Assembly: GCA_963705105.1 (NCBI GenBank)
Contig: CAVPIW010000014.1
Coordinates: forward strand, 160,001-224,000
From: an uncultured Nitrospiraceae bacterium
Lineage (GTDB): Bacteria; Nitrospirota; Thermodesulfovibrionia; Thermodesulfovibrionales; Dissulfurispiraceae
Length of the DNA: 64,000 nt
Reading direction: 5' to 3'
Below, piece by piece: positions 15,202-24,420 of the stretch (the stretch's first letter is position 1; every line of letters starts with the position of its first letter). Under the pieces are notes generated by a model, which saw only the letters and a list, made by a program, of their open reading frames with translations, made no database searches and was not told where the DNA came from. A program made the position numbers and the translations under genes.

Positions 15202-16026
15202 TCATAGGGCGATCTCCAGGCCTTCCCTCGCCATGCATGCGTTCGGAAAGAGCCTCTGGCATTCCTTCTCCACGCCCATCAGGAAAACATCGTCATGCTC
15301 CGAGTCGTGGTGGAAGAGGGCCAGCGTTTTTACCCGGGCTGCCAGGGCCACTTCAATGGCCTGCTCCCAGCTGCTGTGCCCCCAGCCTCTTTTTTTCTTC
15401 AGCTCTTCGGGAGTGTACTGGGCGTCATGGATGAGCAGGTCGGCGTCCTGCGCGAGAGACACGACGTTTGCATCGATGCCGTCGCTGTGCTCCACATCCG
15501 TGCAATAGACCAGCGACTTGCCTGCCTCGGTGATGCGGTAGCCGTAGGCGCCGCCGGGGTGGTTGTGCCGTGACGTCCTGATGGTGACGCCTGCCGGCGT
15601 CCTGAACTCGTTTATGTCCGGCTGCCAGAAGGTCAGGCGCGCGCCCATCTCGTTCAACTGCACGGGAAAGTAGTCCTGCTGCATCTGGGCTGCGAAGATG
15701 CTCTCCAGGTTGGCGGTTTTTCTGTCTTTGCCGCAGATCGCTATCGTGAAGTGCCGTGAGGGATCATAGGCGGGCTTGAAGAAGGGGAACCCCTGGATGT
15801 GGTCCCAGTGGGTGTGGGACAGGCCGATAAAAATGTTGTCATATTGCTCAATCGAGCGGGCTGCGAAATCGTTGCCGAGCCTTCGTATCCCCGTGCCGGC
15901 GTCGAGGACACCGATTCTGCCGTTTCCGAAGGTGACGAGGAGGCAGGGCGTGTTGCCCCCGAACCGGGAGAATTCCGGCTCGGCCACGGGAATGGAGCCT
16001 CTGGTGCCGTAGAAGGTGACTTTCAA
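15202..16026 (-). CDS. MBL-fold metallohydrolase (possible cyclic-nucleotide phosphodiesterase)
   Basis: GTRGSIP, GGNTPC, DAGTG, HTHWDHIQG, WGHS; last gene of the cyclase operon. Confidence 0.8.
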   Translation of the reverse strand: MKVTFYGTRGSIPVAEPEFSRFGGNTPCLLVTFGNGRIGVLDAGTGIRRLGNDFAARSIEQYDNIFIGLSHTHWDHIQGFPFFKPAYDPSRHFTIAICGKDRKTANLESIFAAQMQQDYFPVQLNEMGARLTFWQPDINEFRTPAGVTIRTSRHNHPGGAYGYRITEAGKSLVYCTDVEHSDGIDANVVSLAQDADLLIHDAQYTPEELKKKRGWGHSSWEQAIEVALAARVKTLALFHHDSEHDDVFLMGVEKECQRLFPNACMAREGLEIAL

Positions 16027-16050
16027 CCGCGCCGTCCCCGGTTCACCTGT

Positions 16051-16899
16051 TTACCGCAAATACCGTTTGAACCTCTCCGTCCTCTTCTGTAAAAAAGCGG
16101 GGTCGGGCTGCACCGCCGGCATGGCGTTCCGGACCGTATCGATCCTCTCGGCGGTACCCGGATGGGTGGCGGTGATGCCCCCGGATGCCTGCGGCCGTGT
16201 GCGCAGTCTCTCCAGATAGGTGCTGAGGGCACGTGGATCGTACCCCGACCGCGCGAGGATCACGAGGGCCGTCTCGTCGGCGCTCTTTTCCTGTCCTCTT
16301 CCGTAGCCGTTCACCACGATGGTCTTGAACACGTCGTCGACGGAGCCCTCGAAGAGGTTCACAAGCGTAGAAATCTGCCCCGGCGCGTAGGACCGGACAG
16401 CCTCCTTGCCGACAATGGAGGCCACCTCCGTCCAGCGCGAACTCTGGATGGCGGCGACGCCGTCACGATGGTTGACATGGGCGACCTCGTGCGCGAGGAC
16501 CGCAGCAAGCTCGTCCTCGTTCGCGACCGTCGAAATGAGGCCCCTCGTGATGAAGATGGACCCTCCCGGCGCGGCAAAGGCATTGGGCTCCCGGGAGTCG
16601 AGCACAGCGAAATGATACCCGCCGTGGGTCAGGGGTTTGTCGGAGTTGAGGGCGACGGTCATGCCGACAAGGTTCACATATTCCGTCAGGGCCGTGTTGT
16701 TTGAGAGGGGGTAGGTGGAGAGGATCCGGGCAGCGACGGCGCGGCCCACGTAGTATTCCTCTTCGTCCGATATGGGACGTGCCGCTTTCGCGGTACTCGA
16801 CGCGAGGGTGGTGAGGGTGCTGACGTCAGGCATGCCGACGGTCTTGCATCCGGCGACCAGCACGGCAAAGACGGCGATGTACGCAAGATAACGTTTCAT
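16051..16899 (-). CDS. M48-family metallopeptidase lipoprotein
   Basis: Start reassigned to MKRYLAY... (overlaps the upstream TGA); lipobox LVAGC; NAFAAPGG, HEVAH, THP. Confidence 0.85.
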   Translation of the reverse strand: MKRYLAYIAVFAVLVAGCKTVGMPDVSTLTTLASSTAKAARPISDEEEYYVGRAVAARILSTYPLSNNTALTEYVNLVGMTVALNSDKPLTHGGYHFAVLDSREPNAFAAPGGSIFITRGLISTVANEDELAAVLAHEVAHVNHRDGVAAIQSSRWTEVASIVGKEAVRSYAPGQISTLVNLFEGSVDDVFKTIVVNGYGRGQEKSADETALVILARSGYDPRALSTYLERLRTRPQASGGITATHPGTAERIDTVRNAMPAVQPDPAFLQKRTERFKRYLR

Positions 16900-17366
16900 C
16901 AGGGCTGCTTCAGTCCCCCGTCCTGCATGAACTCCCAGAGACTCCTGTCGGATACGCGGTAGCGCTCCACACCGTCGACGGCGCGGTAGTTCAGGCTGCT
17001 GTGCTGCCTTCTGTAGGACGCCTCGACCTCGGGAGTGAAGCCCTTGCCGGCCAGCGCCACCTCTTCCTGCGAGGCGCCTCCCGCCCGCGTGCCCGATACG
17101 CCGGAGACGGAATAGGACCGGGTTTCGAGGGCGCTCCTGTGCAGGCACCCCCGGGTCTTTCCGAATGAGACTTTGACCCAGTCGCCCTCTCTCGAAATGA
17201 TGGTCACGCTGTCATTGTACTGGAGTTTCGCCACGGAAGGAGCAAGGAACCGGCACTGTTCACGGAGGGCCGCCTCCTTCAGGACGATCCTCGCCGTCTC
17301 CGCATGGGCGGGCACAAGGGAGAACAGAACAATGCAAAGGGCGGAGAGGGGAATAAGGAGGTTCAT
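16899..17366 (-). CDS. Exported SH3-like domain protein
   Basis: Signal peptide (AHA), REGDWVKV SH3-like segment, EEVALAGKGF motif. Confidence 0.65.
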   Translation of the reverse strand: MNLLIPLSALCIVLFSLVPAHAETARIVLKEAALREQCRFLAPSVAKLQYNDSVTIISREGDWVKVSFGKTRGCLHRSALETRSYSVSGVSGTRAGGASQEEVALAGKGFTPEVEASYRRQHSSLNYRAVDGVERYRVSDRSLWEFMQDGGLKQP

Positions 17367-19501
17367 TTTTCCGTCATTTTAACGGTTTTCCAGTCCTCTG
17401 TCAAGGCGGGCTGCCGCAGGAGATCGCCGCAGCGCTTCAGATAAAATGCCGCCGCCCCGTCATCGGGAAATCTGCGAGACAGGTCTTCGAACAACGGCAG
17501 CGCCTCGGGCAACCGGCCCTCCTGAAACAGGGCCATCGCCCTGTTGAACTCATCCACTGCACCTCTTATGTCATCGGTTGTCTCACCGGCATTCCCGACG
17601 AGCTCGAAGATGCGGAGAGGTATGGCCTTTCCCTTTACTTCGATCATGCCGAGCTCTCTCGCAAGGAAGCGGTCTCCTGTCCTGCCGAGGGTCTCTTCGC
17701 TCACGATGATCTTCGTGTGAAACAGCTTGTTCGCCGACTCGAGGCGCGAGGACACATTCACGGGGTCGCCGACGACCGTATAGTCGAAGATCCTGCTGCT
17801 GCCGAGGTTCCCGACGATCACGTCCCCCGAGTGGATGCCGATCCGCACCGATATGGACGGCAATCCTCCTGCGGTGAACCGCCCGTTGATCTCCCCGAGG
17901 GCGGTGATGCACCCCAGCGCCGCCGAACAGGCGCCCGCTTCATCACCGTCCGTCCTGAGCGGCGCCCCCCAGAAGGCCATGATGGAATCACCGATATACT
18001 TGTCAATGACGCCTCCCTCGGCGATGATCATTTCCGTGAACGTGTCCAGCACGGTATGGAGCAGGGAAGCCGTTTCTTCGGCGGTGAGCCGTTCCGCCAT
18101 AGATGTAAAACCGGCGATATCGACGAAGAAGACCGTCACGAAGCGTTTCTGGCCTCCGGGCTTTATGATCTCGGGATGCCTGAGCACGTGGCGCACGATT
18201 TTGTCATCCATGTACTGGGAGAAGACCCGCCTGATAAAGCGCCGCTCCTTCGCCTCCGTGGCATAGCTGTATGCGCCGGCGATGCCGAAGCTCATGACGA
18301 GGGAGACGGCCGGGGGGATGGCGAGCAGATAGTATCCGTAGCTGAACGCGGTGGCAGGCACGGCGATGACGACTGCTGAAGCGACAAGCAGCATGATGCC
18401 CTGGGCGATAAACGAATGGTATCTCATGACGAAGGACGTGACGACAGCGCAGATCAGGATCACAAAAAACACCGCGTACCCTGTGCTTAGGGGATGAATG
18501 AAGTTCCTGTTCACGATGTTCTCGAACGTCGTTGCGTGAATCTCCACGCCCGTCGAAAGGGGGGACACCGGCGTGGGCTTCAGGTCGAACAGGCCTGCCG
18601 CGGTAAAGCCGAGGAAGACGTGCTTGCCCCTGAAATGCCCTTTGGTGATAGCGGGCCGTCGCGAAGCTGCAGCGTCGGCATGGGCTTTCAGGATGTCGGC
18701 GGCCGGCATGGAGGGGAAGGGCTCGCCGGCATATCTCAGGAGAAGTCTCCCGTTGCCGAGGGGGATCTTCCTTTCTCCGCTGAAGATCTCCCCCTCCTTT
18801 ACCGTGACGACGCCCTTGCGCATCAGGTGGGGAAGGACGAAGTGGCCCAGCGTGAACCGGTCGACCGGGAAGAGGAGAGGGACGGCTCTGTATACCCCGT
18901 CACCGTCGGGCCGGATCATGACGTTTCCCGCACCTGTGACCGCCGGTCTCAGGAGCTGCAGTGGAAGAACCGCCGACCTGAACGCAGATCCGTGCGGGTT
19001 TCCCTGTGCTACCGCATGCTTCTCAAGGAAGGCCCTTTCTCCGGCATCGAGGCCTTCCCTTTTGTCGGTGAGGGCGATGGGAAGATAGACGTTCGCCGAG
19101 TCTTTCATCGCCGCGGCGAGGATGACGTCGTCCTCGTTTCCGTATGACGAGGGCTCCAGGAAAAGGACGTCGATGAAGACCGCCTCGGCCTCGGAGAGGT
19201 ACTCGATGATTGCCGCGTAAACTTGTCTCGGCCAGGGCCAGGGAATGCCTTCGCTGTTCAGGCTGTCGAGGCTCGCCTGGTCGACCTTCACTATGATGAC
19301 CGATCCTGTTGACAGCCCGGGATTGAACGTTCGCGACAGGAGGTCATAGGCCTTGAGCTCGAAACCCGTGAAGAGGCCCGATGTCGCGACGGCGAGAGAG
19401 AGCACGGAGGAGAGGAAAGCGAACAGGACGATAAGCCGCCATCGCCTGACCATGCCGGGCGCCGTTCCTTCCCCGGCGCCCTTCTCAGGGTGACCCCTCA
19501 T
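17363..19501 (-). CDS. CHASE2-domain adenylate/guanylate cyclase
   Basis: WPWPR CHASE2 motif, three TMs, DIAGFT, DKYIGD, YTVVGDPVNVSSRLE, VKGK; start could be 19453. Confidence 0.92.
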   Translation of the reverse strand: MRGHPEKGAGEGTAPGMVRRWRLIVLFAFLSSVLSLAVATSGLFTGFELKAYDLLSRTFNPGLSTGSVIIVKVDQASLDSLNSEGIPWPWPRQVYAAIIEYLSEAEAVFIDVLFLEPSSYGNEDDVILAAAMKDSANVYLPIALTDKREGLDAGERAFLEKHAVAQGNPHGSAFRSAVLPLQLLRPAVTGAGNVMIRPDGDGVYRAVPLLFPVDRFTLGHFVLPHLMRKGVVTVKEGEIFSGERKIPLGNGRLLLRYAGEPFPSMPAADILKAHADAAASRRPAITKGHFRGKHVFLGFTAAGLFDLKPTPVSPLSTGVEIHATTFENIVNRNFIHPLSTGYAVFFVILICAVVTSFVMRYHSFIAQGIMLLVASAVVIAVPATAFSYGYYLLAIPPAVSLVMSFGIAGAYSYATEAKERRFIRRVFSQYMDDKIVRHVLRHPEIIKPGGQKRFVTVFFVDIAGFTSMAERLTAEETASLLHTVLDTFTEMIIAEGGVIDKYIGDSIMAFWGAPLRTDGDEAGACSAALGCITALGEINGRFTAGGLPSISVRIGIHSGDVIVGNLGSSRIFDYTVVGDPVNVSSRLESANKLFHTKIIVSEETLGRTGDRFLARELGMIEVKGKAIPLRIFELVGNAGETTDDIRGAVDEFNRAMALFQEGRLPEALPLFEDLSRRFPDDGAAAFYLKRCGDLLRQPALTEDWKTVKMTEK

Positions 19502-19853
19502 GCCCGTTCCCGATCATGGTCTCGTCTGCTGCTGTCACCTGCAGATTTAACCACAAAGCACGGGGCTTCTGCAAAGGGGACGACAACGCTGCAAGGGCGA
19601 CAGGGAAAAGGCACGGCTCAGATGCCGCCACTGCAGTCATCCGTTGCCCGTCGGCAGCCTGAGCAAGGCCGGAGTCAACAATTTCCGTGGCAATCGAAAG
19701 AAGCATCGGGAATGACCTGTCCGGATCAACTGTGATACAATCGAATCGACAATACGGGCGGGGGCCTGTGCTATGTTCACACTGTGTCGCCACCCCCGGA
19801 GTGTGGTGCCTGAAGGAGAGCGCTCATGGATAACGGCGTTTCATCGGAGTGAC

Positions 19854-20462
19854 ATGAAATTCAGGGGCATACATCATCTCGCCATGGTGACCGGGGACAT
19901 GGACAGGACGATCAGGTTCTGGAGGGACCTCCTGGGGATGAGGCTCGTGGCCGGCATGGGAAAGACCGGTTACCGGCAGTATTTCTTCGAACTTTCAGGG
20001 GGAACCCTTTTGGGGTTCTATGAATGGACAGGCGCGGAGCCGGTCCCCGAGAAGGAAGCGGGTCAGGCGATGAAGGGACCCATCGTGTTCGACCATCTCT
20101 GTATGGAAGTCGAGAGCGAGGATGCTCTCTGGGACCTGAAGGAGAGGCTCGATGCCGGCGACATCTGGGTGTCGGAAGTGATCGATCACGGGTTCATCCA
20201 TTCCATCTTTACCTTCGACCCCAACGGCATCGCTCTCGAGTTCAGTTGCGCAGTGGCCGGCTATGACTTCCGGCGGCACCCCGTCATGATCGACCGGGAG
20301 CCCTCGGAGATCACCAAAGAAGGTCCCGAGCCCCAACAGGACGTCTGGCCGGAACCGACGGCGCGGACGCCCCGGGCGGAACGCAGGATGTATCCGGGAG
20401 ACCTCAGAAAGCTGATCGCATCATGGCCTGCATCCGGAAATCCCGAAGACACACCGAAATAG
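19854..20462 (+). CDS. VOC/glyoxalase family protein
   Basis: GIHHLA..DMDRTIRFW..LLGM, DHL, DPNGIALE; start after GGAG. Confidence 0.85.
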   Translation: MKFRGIHHLAMVTGDMDRTIRFWRDLLGMRLVAGMGKTGYRQYFFELSGGTLLGFYEWTGAEPVPEKEAGQAMKGPIVFDHLCMEVESEDALWDLKERLDAGDIWVSEVIDHGFIHSIFTFDPNGIALEFSCAVAGYDFRRHPVMIDREPSEITKEGPEPQQDVWPEPTARTPRAERRMYPGDLRKLIASWPASGNPEDTPK

Positions 20463-20557
20463 GGAAAAATTCCCCTTTAAAGGGAAAGCATCCTGCCCAT
20501 CATTGTAACGGCAATCTCACGCAAAGCCGCAAAGCACGCAAAGAAAAACAGAGACTC

Positions 20558-20773
20558 TACCTTAACGTTGCATACGATCCTCGGAAAAGCGGGGTGTGTG
20601 CGCCGAAAACCTTGATGCGGCGACACCTTAACCGTCACAGAAGACAACCCTTCAAGCCAATGGTCGATCACACAGACAGTGGAATCCTCAAAGACAAACC
20701 TGACGAGGCTCATCGTCGCCTTCAGCAAGGCTTTGAGGCGCTTCGCCCCGCCTTTTCATGCAACAGAACGGTC
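20558..20773 (+). repeat. Modular MITE-like repeat, copy 3
   Basis: Close match to 21653-21869. Confidence 0.9.
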
Positions 20774-20995
20774 TATATTGTGTTGTGCTTCTGTAATCTG
20801 TAATATCCCATGCATTTCATTCCATCATTCCGCCTTTCTTGGCGACCATGGCGTCTTTGCGCGAGAATCGGTCTTTCATTGATTTCTCCCTCGCCGCCTT
20901 CCCCGGGGGTCTTTTCATAAAAGGTGGTCCGGCGATCAACAAATTCCCTCCATCACGCAACTCCCGAGTTAGGAATTTCGACTGTTTTTTTCACC

Positions 20996-21011
20996 TGGCA
21001 CCAAAGCTGCA
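20996..21011 (+). promoter_or_regulatory. Sigma-54 -24/-12 promoter
   Basis: TGGCACCAAAGCTGCA, GG-N10-GC spacing, 38 nt before the ATG at 21050. Confidence 0.6.
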
Positions 21012-21015
21012 TCCC

Positions 21016-21031
21016 TGTGATCAGAGTCACA
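21016..21031. promoter_or_regulatory. CRP-family binding site
   Basis: Exact TGTGA-N6-TCACA. Confidence 0.6.
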
Positions 21032-21049
21032 CGATCGGAGGTGCCGAAC

Positions 21050-21610
21050 ATGAAAAGCGATATTTGGATAACAGAGCGAATTGCCCGGGAGAGCATCGGA
21101 AAACGGGATATCTCCCACATGAAACGCATGGTGATGGAGGGTTTTACCGACGAAGAGATTCTCAGGTCGCTGCGGAGGAGGATGGTGGCGAACTCGAAAT
21201 CCCTGCAGACCTATATCCGCCAGGAAAAAATCCTTGGCCTGATGCTCAAGCTCTCCTTCAGGGTTCACTGGGCGCTCATCCTGCCGGTGATCGAGAAATG
21301 GCTGGAAGAAAAGGAGTCTGTCGTGGGCTGGTCCGAATCAAAGCACGACGACAGGATCGCGGGTAAGGCGCGGCAATTGCGCGAAATGCTGTCCGGTAAG
21401 GACAACGGCATGGTGAGCAGGAAGTATTTCAGCTCGGGCAAGGTGACCGATGAGACAATGGAGATCATCGAAGAGGTCGCAGAAATGCTCCTGAACGAAC
21501 TCGAAGGCGGCGAAAAGGAAAGGGCCTCCAGAGACGGTGCGGCCGGGTCGCAGCATGAACCCTCGCGCAATGCCCTTCAGGCGACGGAAATGGAGCCCGT
21601 GATCGTCTGA
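21050..21610 (+). CDS. Hypothetical protein
   Basis: GGAGG RBS and ATG; 186 aa, apparently helical; no motif recognised. Confidence 0.7.
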   Translation: MKSDIWITERIARESIGKRDISHMKRMVMEGFTDEEILRSLRRRMVANSKSLQTYIRQEKILGLMLKLSFRVHWALILPVIEKWLEEKESVVGWSESKHDDRIAGKARQLREMLSGKDNGMVSRKYFSSGKVTDETMEIIEEVAEMLLNELEGGEKERASRDGAAGSQHEPSRNALQATEMEPVIV

Positions 21611-21652
21611 GCAGTGGCCGGACTTGTCCGGACAGGTCTTTTCATGCGAATA

Positions 21653-21869
21653 TACCTTATCGGTGCAATACACTTCCGGGAAAGGCGGGGCGTATGCGCC
21701 GAAAACCTTGCTGCGGCGACACCATAACTCTCACGGAAGACAACCTTTCAAACCAATGGTCGACCACACAAAGAGTGGAATCCTGAAAGACAAACCTGAC
21801 GAGGCTTATCGTCGCCTTCAGCAAGGCTTTGAGGCGCTTCGCCACGCCTTTCTATGCAACTACAGGGTA
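21653..21869 (+). repeat. Modular MITE-like repeat, copy 4 (TA-flanked)
   Basis: TA|TACCTTATCGGTGCA ... TGCAACTACAGGGTA|TA. Confidence 0.9.
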
Positions 21870-21901
21870 TATTCTTTAACCATATCGACAAGGAGAATTC
21901 C

Positions 21902-23233
21902 ATGGAAAACCTGATGGACAAGATAGCGCACCTTGAGGAAACCCACAACCGGATTGATCCGGAGCTTGTAAAACGGAAGAACATCAAGCTGGGTCTCCGG
22001 AACGCCGACGGCACCGGTGTCGTCGTCGGCATCACAAGCAAGGGACAGGTCCTCGGATACGAGAAGGACGACTCAGGAGAGGTCAGGGCCGTACCGGGCA
22101 AGCTCCTTTACTGCGGCTATGATCTCGAGGACCTCGTCGCGCACGCTGATACGGAATGGCGGTATGGCTTCGAAGAGGTGGCTTATTTGCTCCTGACCGG
22201 GGAACTGCCGAATGCGGACGATCTGGTCAGTTTCACAAGGGCGCTCTCGGATCGGCGGGCCCTCCCCCAGGAGCTCAAGAAGGTCCTCCGGTTCAACTCG
22301 AAGAACGATGACCAGATGTGCGCTCTCCACACGGCTGTCTCGTCGCTTCACAAATTCGACGCCAATCCCCGCACGACCGACATACGCGACGTGACGAGGC
22401 AGTGCATCGGTCTCATCGCCAAGATCCCCGCCATCATCGCCTATAATCACCTCGTCTGCCGCTCCTGGCGGGGAACGCGGTCGTCCTTCCTGGAGCCTGA
22501 ATCGGGCATGACGACGGCCCAGAGCTTCCTCACGATGCTTCACTGCCGCGCCCCGTCCGACAAAATCGCCCATGCCTTCGACATCGCCCTGATGCTTCAC
22601 GCCGAGCACGGAGGCGGGAACAATTCGACCTTCACCGTCAGGACGGTGTCATCGAGCCTGACGGACACCTATATGGCGATCTGCGCGGGGATCGCATCCC
22701 TTGCAGGACATCTCCACGGAGGCGCCAATGAGGCCGTCATGAACATGATGGACCACATGAAACGGGACCTGAGGGACTGGGAGGATGACGACGAGATCTC
22801 GGCCTACCTCGGCGGGCTCCTTGACGGTCGCCACGGCGACCGGTCCGGCAAGATCTACGGCATGGGCCACGCTGTCTACACCATCTCCGACCCCCGCGTC
22901 GACATCCTCAGGAAAAAGGCCGCTCCCTTCGCCGAGGAGGCGGAAAGGACGGATGAACTCCGGCTCTTCGAAAGAGTGGCGAGACTCGCTCCCCCGATCA
23001 TCCGGGAGAGAAAAAGTAAGATCGTCTGCCCGAACGTCGATTTCTTCTCGGGCTTTCTTTACGATATGCTCGACATCCCCCAGGAACTCTTCACTCCCAT
23101 CTTTGCCATGTCCCGTGTCGTCGGTTGGTCCGCGCACCGGATCGAAGAGATCATCCAGGGCAGGCTCATCCGCCCTGCCTATGTCTCAACCCGGGAAGGC
23201 ATCAGACCGTACGTTCCCCTGGAATCGCGATGA
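21902..23233 (+). CDS. gltA: Citrate synthase
   Basis: GLRNADGTGV, HAEHGGGNNSTF, HGGANE, GMGHAVY, PNVDF; AGGAG RBS. Confidence 0.9.
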   Translation: MENLMDKIAHLEETHNRIDPELVKRKNIKLGLRNADGTGVVVGITSKGQVLGYEKDDSGEVRAVPGKLLYCGYDLEDLVAHADTEWRYGFEEVAYLLLTGELPNADDLVSFTRALSDRRALPQELKKVLRFNSKNDDQMCALHTAVSSLHKFDANPRTTDIRDVTRQCIGLIAKIPAIIAYNHLVCRSWRGTRSSFLEPESGMTTAQSFLTMLHCRAPSDKIAHAFDIALMLHAEHGGGNNSTFTVRTVSSSLTDTYMAICAGIASLAGHLHGGANEAVMNMMDHMKRDLRDWEDDDEISAYLGGLLDGRHGDRSGKIYGMGHAVYTISDPRVDILRKKAAPFAEEAERTDELRLFERVARLAPPIIRERKSKIVCPNVDFFSGFLYDMLDIPQELFTPIFAMSRVVGWSAHRIEEIIQGRLIRPAYVSTREGIRPYVPLESR

Positions 23234-23239
23234 AGAGGG

Positions 23240-23273
23240 AGCGCGGGCCGGTGCTGCACCGACCCGCGCTTTC
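23240..23273. terminator. Hairpin between convergent genes
   Basis: AGCGCGGG.CGGTGC T GCACCG.CCCGCGCT stem. Confidence 0.6.
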
Positions 23274-24044
23274 TTACTCGGAAGCGGTAAAACTTGTCGT
23301 CCCCAAACCGCTGTTGCTGTTGGAAGGGTCATAGGTGTAGACGGCCACCTCGTAAGCGCCCGGCTCCGAAATGTCGACGGTCCCCGCAAAGTCACTCACT
23401 GAACCGTCATAAACGAGGGGTACCTCGCGATACGCCTTGCCGTCTTTCCTGATCAGCGCTTTGATCTCATACCTGTTCGAGTCCCATATGCCGCCCGGCA
23501 TAAGAGGACACCCTCACATCATGACGATGTGCGCTTTTATTCCGACACTGGCTTTTCCGTTTCTGAGCACGACCCGGGAGCCCTCCGCAGGGGCGGTCAC
23601 ATCGACGGCGAAGCCCGGCAGTTCGAGAAGCACCCCGTCACCGCCGGTCAGGTGTTTTCCGGGGATGACCCACTGGGTGACGCTGACGCTGTTTGCAGTC
23701 TTCAGCACCGAGAGCGGACCGAAGGCCTTGATTTCGACCTTCGTCGGAACGGATATGTCGATAGTGGCGGAAAATTTCGCCGAGTCGGGGGTTGAAAGCG
23801 AGACTCCCCGTTTCGGGTTCATGATACGGTCGAGATCGCCCGTGCTGCCCGTGGTGACACCTTCCGCAAGCACTTTCCGCGTCGCGGTGTCCGTTATCGT
23901 CACCTGCGCGCCATTCATGCTTGTCCCGAGGAACTTGGCGTCTTTCGTCTTGACACGGACCGTTATTTCCGTTGGAACGGCGGCAGCCCTGCCGGCTATG
24001 ACCATGCATACCAGGAATGCCGCAAGAAGCACCATGAATCGCAT
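23274..24044 (-). CDS. Exported protein, probable selenoprotein (MM-U-GCP)
   Basis: Two track ORFs lie in one frame, separated only by TGA at 23516-23514, with a hairpin right after; AAGGAGG RBS; signal peptide. Confidence 0.8.
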
Positions 24045-24077
24045 GTCTGACCTCCTTCGTGTCGTTTTTACCTTGTT

Positions 24078-24273
24078 CACCGTATCGTTGCTATACGGCC
24101 TCCGGCAAGGCGGGGCGAAGCACTCTGAAAAACAGTGTCAGTGACAGTGTGAGTGTCAGGATAAGGTTCACCTCTATTGACCGTCGGCCTGACATGATCC
24201 TCAGGGGATGATTAAGGTGTCGCCGCATCAAGGTTTTCCGCGCATTCACCCCAGCCCCGCCTTTCCCGGGAAT
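24078..24273 (-). repeat. Modular MITE-like repeat, copy 5
   Basis: AAGGCGGGGCGAAGC..CAGTGTCAGTGACAGTGTGAGTGTCAG..GGTGTCGCCGCATCAAGGTTTT..CCCCGCCTTTCCCGG. Confidence 0.85.
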
Positions 24274-24420
24274 GAAGGCCTACTGTACTGTAGCATAAAA
24301 CGGCGGCTCGGAACGTCTCAGGGTCTTATGGCAGGTATCACTCAACCCGCGACAGCATTTCGACGATAAAGAGATAACCCATCATCTTTTCAGGGAACTG
24401 AGAGCAGAGACAGGAGTCCC

